Source of the DNA: Gammaproteobacteria bacterium
GTDB lineage: Bacteria; Pseudomonadota; Gammaproteobacteria; Pseudomonadales; Porticoccaceae
Reading direction: 5' to 3'
Assembly: GCA_050485225.1 (NCBI GenBank)
Contig: JBJHAZ010000001.1
Coordinates: forward strand, 1 to 33,216
DNA: 33,216 nt
Shown here: in pieces, positions 1 to 8,578 of the stretch
Numbering within the stretch: position 1 is the first letter of the stretch
Layout: the number at the start of each line of letters is the position of its first letter
Made by a program: the position numbers and the translations under genes
The notes under the pieces: model-generated
What the model was told of the DNA's origin: nothing
Database searches by the model: none
Seen by the model: only the letters and a program-made list of their open reading frames with translations

Positions 1-391
1 CGATGGCAGGGCGCGGCACCAGTACGTCGATATCCGTATACACCCTTCCTTGAGCGTTGCGACTGTCTCGCAAGGTGTAACCGGCTCCCTTGAGAAACAC
101 CGGCTCAATGCCTTCGGCCATGAGGCGCGCGGCGATGTGCGTGCATTCGAACCGAACCTGCTGCGCCTGCCGGCGGGAATACACCAGCATCGACTGAAGG
201 TGGCGCCGCGCATAGCCATCGTACTCCGGCAGGTCGCCCGAACGCTCCGCCAGCGCGGCCACGGTACCGAGCAGTCCGCATTCCCGCAGGACATGAACGA
301 TCGACTCCCACGCCGACCCGGGCAGGGACAGACCCGTGGCCGGATCCCTGATCAGCTCGACAATCGCCGTCACCCGCTCATCGCGGTTCAA
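1..391 (-). CDS. Nucleotidyltransferase family protein (PF14907-like uncharacterised NTase), 5' part only; gene continues beyond the left edge
   Basis: Absent from the ORF track because it runs off the edge. The reverse frame is open from 391 to 1. My translation: (L/M)NRDERVTAIVELIRDPATGLSLPGSAWESIVHVLRECGLLGTVAALAERSGDLPEYDGYARRHLQSMLVYSRRQAQQVRFECTHIAARLMAEGIEPVFLKGAGYTLRDSRNAQGRVYTDIDVLVPRPAI. The KG..Y...R....DIDVLV block is the hallmark of this NTase family. A candidate TTG start at 389-391 overlaps the upstream stop (TTGA). The + strand ORF 50..442 is its antisense shadow. Confidence 0.6.
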   Translation of the reverse strand, partial: MNRDERVTAIVELIRDPATGLSLPGSAWESIVHVLRECGLLGTVAALAERSGDLPEYDGYARRHLQSMLVYSRRQAQQVRFECTHIAARLMAEGIEPVFLKGAGYTLRDSRNAQGRVYTDIDVLVPRPAI

Positions 392-1242
392 GGGGCAAAC
401 TCCCCGGCCAGGAAGTCCTTCACCGCCGACAGGTCGCTGTAAGCGATCGAGAACGAACGCGATTGAGCGGCGAGCCGCCCGATGAGGTTGAAACCCCGCT
501 CGCCGACAATGTTGTAGTTGAATGCATGGCTGCACAGTTGCCGAAAGGTATCGATCTCATCGACCGGACGAACGTTCAGCGCCATCCCCGGCTGATAACG
601 AGGAAATACCACACCGGCAATGGAAACGGGCTCAAGGGTTCGGAAGCGCTGCCACGGCATCGCCTTGACATGAGCCACGTCGCCTTTCTGGGTATCGCGC
701 GCCGTACCGGTCATGACCGCATCGGGAAACCAGGACCGAACGAGGTCGATGGAACGGTTCTTCAGACACACCGGTCTGAACAGGGGCATGACCCGAGCGG
801 TATCGAAGTCGATCAGCGCCATTTCGTCGGAATAGAGGTTCCAGCCGTGGAAGGCCAGAAAAACGCTCAGGGTGCTTTTGCCAGCTCCCGGCGTGGCAGG
901 GAAAATCAATGCCTGACCATCGCGCTCCAGCACCGCTGCATGCACGATAAGCCGAGTGTAGTCGTGTGCCGCAATGCACCAGTTCATGCCCCACTCGAGC
1001 ACCGGATACGCCTGGGAGCGCGGGACGGGCTTGAAGGGCGATCGCTGGTCGGCATGAAAGGAAATCTGGGGGCGCAGAAACCGACGCAGCAGCGAGTCGC
1101 AGGTCAGTGACACGCGGAAATCCACCGGCTCGCGGCCATGATCCGGAGGAAGGTCACCGTACATCGCCTGCAGAGGATCGAGCACAAAACCCGGGCAACT
1201 TTCGACGCGGAAACGGAACTGACCGGAATCAATAAGGTACAT
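388..1242 (-). CDS. HprK-related kinase A (HPr kinase/phosphorylase C-terminal-like P-loop protein)
   Basis: HAAVLERDGQALIFPATPGAGKSTLSVFLAFHGWNLYSDEMALID resembles the HprK catalytic core, including the P-loop GAGKST. I trimmed the track start (1296) to the ATG at 1240-1242 (MYLIDSG...). This ATG overlaps the PqqD stop as TGATG, implying translational coupling. Confidence 0.8.
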   Translation of the reverse strand: MYLIDSGQFRFRVESCPGFVLDPLQAMYGDLPPDHGREPVDFRVSLTCDSLLRRFLRPQISFHADQRSPFKPVPRSQAYPVLEWGMNWCIAAHDYTRLIVHAAVLERDGQALIFPATPGAGKSTLSVFLAFHGWNLYSDEMALIDFDTARVMPLFRPVCLKNRSIDLVRSWFPDAVMTGTARDTQKGDVAHVKAMPWQRFRTLEPVSIAGVVFPRYQPGMALNVRPVDEIDTFRQLCSHAFNYNIVGERGFNLIGRLAAQSRSFSIAYSDLSAVKDFLAGEFAP

Positions 1243-1496
1243 CACTGAACGTCTTCGATGATCCCGAAGGCGGACAGGGTTTCGATCAGTTGCCACCCCT
1301 CATCCCGGGACAATCGCAGGCGACGACACAGTTCATCCGGCGTAAAGGTCGGCGCTTCGAGCAACTCACTCATGGAAACAGGGTCAACGTGGAGAAAGTG
1401 GGTATCCCCGGAGCGGGGGCAGTAGAACGCCGCCCCGCTACGGTCACCGGCATAATACCGGGGGACTCCGGCGAGCGGACGGTATCGATCCGTCAT
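1242..1496 (-). CDS. PqqD-family peptide chaperone / RiPP-recognition-element-like protein (HPr-rel-A system type)
   Basis: 84 aa. The C-terminal ...TPDELCRRLRLSRDEGWQLIETLSAFGIIEDVQ fits the PqqD winged-helix pattern. It sits immediately upstream of, and overlaps, the HprK-related kinase. Confidence 0.75.
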   Translation of the reverse strand: MTDRYRPLAGVPRYYAGDRSGAAFYCPRSGDTHFLHVDPVSMSELLEAPTFTPDELCRRLRLSRDEGWQLIETLSAFGIIEDVQ

Positions 1497-1512
1497 CGGC
1501 AGTCAACGACCC

Positions 1513-2250
1513 TCAGACACAGACCATGCCCGGAGCCAGCTCATTCCACTGGGTGGTGGCGTCACCGGAGAAGACAGCAGCGAATACCGCATCGCCCAGA
1601 TCGCCGGCCAGAAACGTCAAGGCGTAAAAATGCTCGACCCACTCCTGGGGCGACCCGGCATCCCGGCCGGGCAGCGAGTGACCGGCAAAGAATCCGAAAT
1701 AGGCATCGAGCCAGATGGCCGCAAGCTGAAACTTGACGCCACCCGGGGACGCCAGCTCGGCCGCGACATTGCAATGTTCACCCGGCACGGTATCGCCCGG
1801 GGGCAGATCGAAGTAGGCCTCGGCCATCACTTGCCGAATGAAGCAGCGCAGGGTATCCAGGTCTCCGGCTTCGACCAGCGGAAACGCGGAAGCCAGCGAT
1901 GCATTGACACCGTTGTTATTGCCATTGTTACCGTTATTGCCATTTCCCTGGGCATTGCCCCTGCCACGGTTGCCGGGGCCGTCGCCGTTGTGCGACAGCA
2001 AGGTCATCCAGAACCCCGGGGAACGCCCCCAGACCTCGGGAATCGTGCAGTAGTCGTCCCGGTTGTCCTGGGTTACCGAGCCACCCGACATGGCGCCCGA
2101 GACGGTGCATTTACCCCACACCGGCTGCGCGGCCAGCGTGGTCACCAGCGCTGCTGCGGAGGACTTCTGCAAAAAACTCCGTCGCGACGAATTCGTAACT
2201 CTCTCACGCTCCATGCGCACGAGTTGCTGTTCTTCCTGATCAAGCTTCAT
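1513..2250 (-). CDS. Hypothetical secreted protein with a twin-arginine signal and an Asn/Gly-rich tract
   Basis: Tat motif SRRSFLQKSSAAALVTTLAAQPVWG. Low-complexity tract GNRGRGNAQGNGNNGNNGNNNG. I chose the ATG at 2248-2250 (MKLDQEE...), which has AAGGG 8 nt upstream. The track's GTG start at 2328 lies inside the candidate sigma-54 promoter. The gap to the PqqD gene is only 16 nt. I do not recognise the family. Confidence 0.65.
   Translation of the reverse strand: MKLDQEEQQLVRMERERVTNSSRRSFLQKSSAAALVTTLAAQPVWGKCTVSGAMSGGSVTQDNRDDYCTIPEVWGRSPGFWMTLLSHNGDGPGNRGRGNAQGNGNNGNNGNNNGVNASLASAFPLVEAGDLDTLRCFIRQVMAEAYFDLPPGDTVPGEHCNVAAELASPGGVKFQLAAIWLDAYFGFFAGHSLPGRDAGSPQEWVEHFYALTFLAGDLGDAVFAAVFSGDATTQWNELAPGMVCV
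1909..1960. repeat. Imperfect short-period (about 9 nt) repeat encoding the Asn/Gly tract
   Basis: + strand: gttgttattgcc attgttacc gttattgcc atttccctg ggcattgcc. The tract is locally AT-rich within a high-GC gene. Confidence 0.6.
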
Positions 2251-2315
2251 GTGTAAACCCTTGGAATTACCTGATGCAGCGACACGAAATCCCCGTGACA
2301 CTGCCACCGGCTGGG

Positions 2316-2332
2316 ATGCAACCTTCACGCCA
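2316..2332 (-). promoter_or_regulatory. Candidate sigma-54 (-24/-12) promoter for the Tat-protein/PqqD/kinase/NTase operon
   Basis: The reverse strand reads TGGCGTGAAGGTTGCAT. Consensus is TGGCAC-N5-TTGCW. GG-N10-GC spacing is exact, and TGGC and TTGCA are conserved. It lies about 65 nt upstream of the ATG at 2250. Confidence 0.5.
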
Positions 2333-2476
2333 GCCTACCAAGCTGCCTGCAAACCATTGACCCAGTTGAAATAACGATTGCCTCAAGCCAGCGCGAGACA
2401 GCCGCGAATGCGAAAGTGCAAAAAAACCTGACACCCCTTGCAACCGCACAACCCTCCTGCGCACTGGAAAGATAGC

Positions 2477-2519
2477 ACGGCGCCGGAGCCTCGCCAATCG
2501 GGCCGACAGGCGGCGCCGT
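2477..2519 (-). terminator. Possible terminator hairpin after the dehydrogenase gene
   Basis: 9-bp inverted repeat ACGGCGCCG ... CGGCGCCGT with a long (about 25 nt) loop. On the reverse strand it is followed by gctatctttcc, a weak T tract. Confidence 0.3.
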
Positions 2520-2539
2520 AAGGTGGATAAACGGGCACC

Positions 2540-3847
2540 TCACAGGCGCCAAAGGGTGAGGCCCAGGTCTGTGGCGCGCGTCCGATCCAGCACCGACTTG
2601 ACATCCAGAACCACCCCACCCGGGTGCAGCAGCGGCTGCATCATGTCGATCCCGCCCTCAAGGTAACCGGCATGAGGTACGGCCAGCACGACCGCGTGTG
2701 CGGCCTGCAGAGCACCATACTCCATCAGCTCGATACCGTATTCGTGCTTCGCCTCTTCGGGACTGGCAAGCGGATCGTGCACAGTCACCTCGCAGCCATA
2801 ATCCTCGAGCTCTCGCACAATATCGACAACCCGGGAGTTGCGGAGGTCAGGGCAGTTCTCCTTGAAGGTCAGACCCAGCACGGTAACGCGTCCTCCGGCG
2901 ACCGGGTGCCCGTTCCTGGCAAGCTGCTTCACCGCCTGCTCGGCAATGAACTTGCCCATGCCATCGTTGGTCTGACGACCCCCCAATACCACCTGCGGAT
3001 GAAATCCGACGCTCTGGGCCTTGTAGGTGAGGTAGTAGGGGTCCACCCCGATACAGTGCCCTCCCACAAGCCCCGGTCGGAACGGCAGGAAATTCCACTT
3101 GGTTCCGGCCGCCTCGAGCACATCCAGGGTATCGATGCCGAGCTTGTTGAAGATCAGGGCCAGCTCGTTCATCAGCGCAATGTTGAGATCGCGCTGGGTA
3201 TTCTCGATGACCTTTGCGGCTTCGGCGACCTTGACGCTGGCGGCGCGATGAATGCCGGCCTGAACAATGCTGCCGTAGAGTGCGGCCAGTCGATCGAGGG
3301 TGTCGGGCGTATCGCCCGCGACTACCTTGGTGATGGTTTCCAGCCTGTGGGTCTTGTCACCCGGATTGATGCGCTCCGGCGAATACCCGATGTTGAAGCT
3401 CCGGTCGGGCCGGACACCGTCCCGGCAGGCCCATGCCAGACCGGATTCGGCTTCGAGGATCGGCACGCAGACCTCCTCGGTACATCCCGGGTAGACGGTG
3501 GATTCGTACACCACGATGGTGCCCGGCTTCATGTGCTGCCCAACGGTTCTGGAAGCACTCTGCAGTGGGGTGAGATCGGGGCGCTGGGCGTCATCGATGG
3601 GCGTCGGCACCACCACAATAATGACAGTCGCCTCGGACAGGGCCGCAGGGTCGCTGGTGAACTCCAGCAGTGTCGCTTCCCCAAGTTTTTCCGCACCCAC
3701 CTCGCCGGTGGGGTCCACACCCTGGCGATACTGGCCGAGCTTGCGCTCGTTCAGGTCAAAGCCGATGGTGCGCTGCCGCGCGCCGAAGGCCACCGCCAGC
3801 GGCAGCCCCACGTACCCCAACCCTACAATCGCAACCGTGTCGCTCAT
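2540..3847 (-). CDS. wbpO: UDP-N-acetyl-D-glucosamine 6-dehydrogenase family (WbpO/TviB-type nucleotide-sugar dehydrogenase)
   Basis: MSDTVAIVGLGYVGLPLAVAFG is a Rossmann N-terminus, and the UDP-glucose/GDP-mannose dehydrogenase architecture is present. Start trimmed to the ATG at 3845-3847, with AGGAG 11 nt upstream inside the end of the preceding gene. Confidence 0.85.
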   Translation of the reverse strand: MSDTVAIVGLGYVGLPLAVAFGARQRTIGFDLNERKLGQYRQGVDPTGEVGAEKLGEATLLEFTSDPAALSEATVIIVVVPTPIDDAQRPDLTPLQSASRTVGQHMKPGTIVVYESTVYPGCTEEVCVPILEAESGLAWACRDGVRPDRSFNIGYSPERINPGDKTHRLETITKVVAGDTPDTLDRLAALYGSIVQAGIHRAASVKVAEAAKVIENTQRDLNIALMNELALIFNKLGIDTLDVLEAAGTKWNFLPFRPGLVGGHCIGVDPYYLTYKAQSVGFHPQVVLGGRQTNDGMGKFIAEQAVKQLARNGHPVAGGRVTVLGLTFKENCPDLRNSRVVDIVRELEDYGCEVTVHDPLASPEEAKHEYGIELMEYGALQAAHAVVLAVPHAGYLEGGIDMMQPLLHPGGVVLDVKSVLDRTRATDLGLTLWRL

Positions 3848-3855
3848 GCGATGAC

Positions 3856-4881
3856 TCACTCCTTGTCCTGGTGATCGGTAAACCACTGTGCAGTACGGGC
3901 CAACCCGGCCCGCACGTCGAATTCCGGAGCGTATCCGAGCAGCTTCCCGGCCTTGCTGATATCGGCCAGGGAGTAGCGAACGTCACCGGCGCGGAACTCG
4001 CCGTACTCGGGATCGGGATGAGCAACCTGCACACCAGCCTCGCTCAGCAGATCCCGGATCAGAAAGAACAGCTCGTTCAGGGTGGTACTGGCACCGAAGG
4101 CCACATTGTAGACCTCGTTGACGGCGCTGGCGTCCGTGCCTGTTGCCGCCAGCAGGTTGGCCTGCACCACATTGTCGATGTAGCAGAAATCGCGGGAGGT
4201 TTCGCCATCGCCATGGATCCGGCACGGGGAGCCGCTCATCAGGTGATCGAACCAGCGCGGAATGACCGCCGCATAGGCGCCCTGAGGGTCCTGTCGCGGA
4301 CCGAACACGTTGAAATAGCGAAGCCCTATGGACTCGAATCCGTAGCTGCGATGAAACACATCGGCGTACAGCTCGTTGACGTATTTGGTGACGGCGTAGG
4401 GGGACAATGGCTTGCCGATGCGATCCTCCACCTTGGGCAGGCCCGGGTGATCCCCGTAGGTCGACGACGAAGCGGCGTAGACGAGGCGGCGAACGCCGGC
4501 ATCGCGTGCCGCGACCATCATGTTGAGAAAACCATCGATGTTGGCGGAGTTGGTCAGCAGTGGATCGTCCAGTGAGCGGGGGACGCTGCCGAGGGCTGCC
4601 TGATGCAATACGTAATCGACGCCCTCCACGGCGCGACGGCAATCGTCGAGAGAGCGAATGTCGCCTTCGATGAATCGCCACTGGCCCTTCTCCGCAGCTA
4701 CGGTCGCGGCATCGAGATTATGGCGATAGCCGGTGGAAAAGTTGTCAAGGCCCACCACATCCTGGCCGAGCGCCAGCAGGGTTTCGACCAGATGGGAGCC
4801 GATAAAACCGGCCGCGCCGGTGACAAGCCATCGGGCCGGAGCAGCCACAAGTCGCTCCCTCAAGTTTGCGTAGGTTTCCAT
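3856..4881 (-). CDS. wbpP: NAD-dependent UDP-GlcNAc(A) 4-epimerase (WbpP/TviC-type SDR)
   Basis: [56 protein letters not shown] aligns by eye with the WbpP/TviC N-terminus. It is adjacent to the dehydrogenase, the classic pairing for UDP-GalNAcA synthesis. Confidence 0.8.
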   Translation of the reverse strand: METYANLRERLVAAPARWLVTGAAGFIGSHLVETLLALGQDVVGLDNFSTGYRHNLDAATVAAEKGQWRFIEGDIRSLDDCRRAVEGVDYVLHQAALGSVPRSLDDPLLTNSANIDGFLNMMVAARDAGVRRLVYAASSSTYGDHPGLPKVEDRIGKPLSPYAVTKYVNELYADVFHRSYGFESIGLRYFNVFGPRQDPQGAYAAVIPRWFDHLMSGSPCRIHGDGETSRDFCYIDNVVQANLLAATGTDASAVNEVYNVAFGASTTLNELFFLIRDLLSEAGVQVAHPDPEYGEFRAGDVRYSLADISKAGKLLGYAPEFDVRAGLARTAQWFTDHQDKE

Positions 4882-4945
4882 TCGGTTCGTATTGCCTCCT
4901 GCTGCTGGCGTGTGGCCTTGGACTGTTCGTCAGACCTGACCGGCA

Positions 4946-4972
4946 TTTACATGCATTGGCGCGCAGTATAAT
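4946..4972 (+). promoter_or_regulatory. Possible sigma-70 promoter upstream of prsK
   Basis: TTTACA (4946-4951), a 15-nt spacer, then a perfect TATAAT (4967-4972). The spacer is short, so confidence is low. Confidence 0.3.
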
Positions 4973-5034
4973 GTCAGCACAGGATGGCAGCCAAGTGACC
5001 ATTCACCCGGGCGCTGCCGCGACAGCCCACCGTC

Positions 5035-7173
5035 ATGATGTGCGGTGGCGCGCCGCCCGAATACCCCGGATCGCCAAAAGGACTCGTCGTGTCGATCTCT
5101 GGCAGCATTGGACTTCACACCTACCTGATCGCCGGCGCCTGTTATGGTGTACTCACCCTGCTGACGCTCACCCTCCGCCGCGTCAAGACCATCGGCCCTG
5201 CGCTGCTTGCAGCCTGCCTGGGGACCACGATCTGGGCTACAGTCGTCGCCTCGGCCACCGCCACCGGCCAACCACCGGCCAACCTGGTACTCACCAGCGA
5301 ACTGCTCCGCAACACATTGTGGCTGGGTTTCCTGCTGCAGATGCTCAGCCTGCGCAGTGACGACACCCCCTGGCGACTGCGCGGTCGGCACTGGCTACCA
5401 TGGCTGGCAGCGTTTCTTGTGGGTGCCTCGGTGCTGCTGATCGCACAGCCCCTGCAGCCCCTCGACCCCATGGGGCCGCTGTCGCTGGAGCTGCAGTATG
5501 AAACCACACTGATTCTGTGGCTCCTGATGTCCCTGACGGGACTGGTATTGCTCGAACAGCTGTTTCGCAACGGGTCCAGCACCGAACGCTGGGCGCTGAA
5601 ACACCTGTGTATCGGCCTGGGAGCGATGTTTGCGTACGACTTTTTCATGTACGCCGAAGCATTGCTGTTCCGGCAGCTGGACGCCGACCTGTGGCAGGCA
5701 CGCGGACTGGTCACCGCGGTGGTGACGCCCCTGTTTGCCATTTCCATGGCACGCAACAGTTCCTGGCACCATCGGGTCACCATTTCACGCCAGGTGGTCT
5801 TCCACACCGTGACCTTGATGGGTGCAGGCCTGTATCTGCTGGGGATGGCCCTGATCGGCTATATCATCCGCTTCATGGGCGGCACCTGGGGGCATGTGCT
5901 GCAGGTGGGCTTTCTTGCCGGTGCCGGAGTGCTGCTGGCGACTGTGCTGTTTTCCGGAAAGGTCCGCGCGCAACTTGGCGTGCTGCTCAGCAAACATTTT
6001 TTCAGCTATCGCTACGACTATCGCGAGGAGTGGCTGAAGTTCACCGGGGCCCTGACAGCACTGGATCAGGAGGTGCCCGCCGGCATCGTGCGCACCTTGG
6101 CGGAGCTGGTGGATAGCCCGGCAGGGCTCCTCTGGGCCAGGGGTGACGAGGGGCGAATGCACCTGGTGGCCAATTGGGAGATGCCTCCCCCCCCGGTCAA
6201 CGATCAGCAACTTGCCCAGCTGGCCAGCTGGCTGGCTCGAACCGACTGGGTGATCGATCTGCGCGAGTGGCACAGAACACCGGACGTGTACAACGATCTC
6301 GAGCTCCCGCAGTGGATCCAGGCCGATCCCAGTCTGTGGCTGATCGTGCCGCTGGTATTCCAGGAGCGGCTCGAGGGTATCCTGTTGCTCAGGAAGTCCC
6401 CTCTGAAAGCCGGTATCAACTGGGAGGATCGGGACCTGCTCAAGACAGCCGGACGCCAGGCCGCCAGCCACCTGGCCCAGCACCTGGCGAGCAAGGCGCT
6501 GGTGGAAGCCCGCCAATTCGAGGCCTTCAACCGGCTTTCGGCTTACGTGGTACACGACCTCAAGAACATCCTTGCCCAGCAATCGCTGATGGTGGCCAAC
6601 GCGGCCAAGCATCGCCACAATCCGGCCTTCATTGACGACATGATAGCGACCGTGGAAAACTCGGTAGCCAGAATGCAGCGCCTGATGGAGCAGATGCGCA
6701 GCGGGCTCCGCGAGGCACCGCCGGAGCCGGTGGATCTTGCGGAGGTGCTGCGGGAGGTCGTGGCGGCCAGAAACGGTGGCCAGCCTGCACCGACCGCCCA
6801 GCTCGACAAGGGCGACTGCCGGGTGATCGCCGACAGAGAGCGACTTTTTACCGTGTTCAACCATCTGGTCCAGAACGCGCAGGAAGCGACCCCACCCGAT
6901 GGTACCGTCACCGTGCGGATGAAGCCCGACGAGGACGTCGTGGTGGTGGAGGTGGAGGATACCGGTTGCGGTATGAGCGAGGAGTTCATGCGCAACAGCC
7001 TGTTCCAGGCTTTTGAGTCCACCAAGGGACTCACCGGCATGGGCATCGGCGCGTTCGAAAGTCGCGAGTACGTCCGCCACCTGGGCGGTGATATCCAGGC
7101 CAACAGCGAGCCGGGGGCAGGAAGCCTGTTCAGGGTAACCCTGCCCAGATCAATGACACGGGTTCCGGAGTAA
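5035..7173 (+). CDS. prsK: PEP-CTERM system histidine kinase PrsK (multi-TM N-terminus, GAF-like middle, HisKA/HATPase C-terminus)
   Basis: About 300 aa of hydrophobic helices, followed by the H-box SAYVVHDLKNIL and HATPase motifs (NHLVQNAQEA, DTGCGM, GMGIGAF). It lies directly upstream of a sigma-54 response regulator inside an EPS locus. An alternative start is the GTG at 5089, preceded by AAAGGA. Confidence 0.85.
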   Translation: MMCGGAPPEYPGSPKGLVVSISGSIGLHTYLIAGACYGVLTLLTLTLRRVKTIGPALLAACLGTTIWATVVASATATGQPPANLVLTSELLRNTLWLGFLLQMLSLRSDDTPWRLRGRHWLPWLAAFLVGASVLLIAQPLQPLDPMGPLSLELQYETTLILWLLMSLTGLVLLEQLFRNGSSTERWALKHLCIGLGAMFAYDFFMYAEALLFRQLDADLWQARGLVTAVVTPLFAISMARNSSWHHRVTISRQVVFHTVTLMGAGLYLLGMALIGYIIRFMGGTWGHVLQVGFLAGAGVLLATVLFSGKVRAQLGVLLSKHFFSYRYDYREEWLKFTGALTALDQEVPAGIVRTLAELVDSPAGLLWARGDEGRMHLVANWEMPPPPVNDQQLAQLASWLARTDWVIDLREWHRTPDVYNDLELPQWIQADPSLWLIVPLVFQERLEGILLLRKSPLKAGINWEDRDLLKTAGRQAASHLAQHLASKALVEARQFEAFNRLSAYVVHDLKNILAQQSLMVANAAKHRHNPAFIDDMIATVENSVARMQRLMEQMRSGLREAPPEPVDLAEVLREVVAARNGGQPAPTAQLDKGDCRVIADRERLFTVFNHLVQNAQEATPPDGTVTVRMKPDEDVVVVEVEDTGCGMSEEFMRNSLFQAFESTKGLTGMGIGAFESREYVRHLGGDIQANSEPGAGSLFRVTLPRSMTRVPE

Positions 7174-7219
7174 CCCACAGAGGTTCCCCAAGAGAACCTG
7201 TCGCAACGGGAAGGATATT

Positions 7220-8564
<1,345 letters not shown>

Positions 8565-8578
<14 letters not shown>

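Noticed and set aside
50-442. 130-aa + strand ORF at the left edge
   Set aside because: The opposite strand encodes a frame open to the window edge with a clear nucleotidyltransferase motif (KGAGY...DIDVLV). That frame is translationally linked to the upstream kinase. The + ORF has no motifs.
2341-2356. Additional weak sigma-54-like matches on the reverse strand: TGGTTTgcaggCAGCT here, and GGGTTGTGCGGTTGCA at 2438..2454
   Set aside because: Spacing is correct, but the -24 or -12 element is poorly conserved in each. The element at 2316..2332 is the better candidate. These are kept only as alternatives.
2251-2539. Small reverse-strand ORFs (2267..2497, 2325..2552, 2383..2619), considered as possible RiPP precursor peptides for the PqqD/kinase module
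   Set aside because: They overlap each other, the candidate promoter and the terminator hairpin. They are Arg-rich random-looking frames with no SD, so there is no support for a precursor gene here.
2624-3874. 416-aa + strand ORF. Similar long ORFs occur at 5785..7080(-), 7229..8638(-), 13141..14604(-), 16241..17413(-), 25858..27177(+), 25955..27034(-), 27253..28383(+), 30119..31069(-), 32010..33062(-) and 32435..33178(+).
   Set aside because: Each lies antisense to, or out of frame with, a gene that has clear family motifs. Their translations are Arg/Gly/Pro/His-rich and low in complexity, with no recognisable domains. These are typical shadow ORFs of high-GC DNA.
4882-4915. AGGCCACacgccAGCA, a sigma-54-like string on the reverse strand upstream of the epimerase gene
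   Set aside because: Only GG and GC match. It lies so close to the ATG that the SD would be excluded from the transcript.
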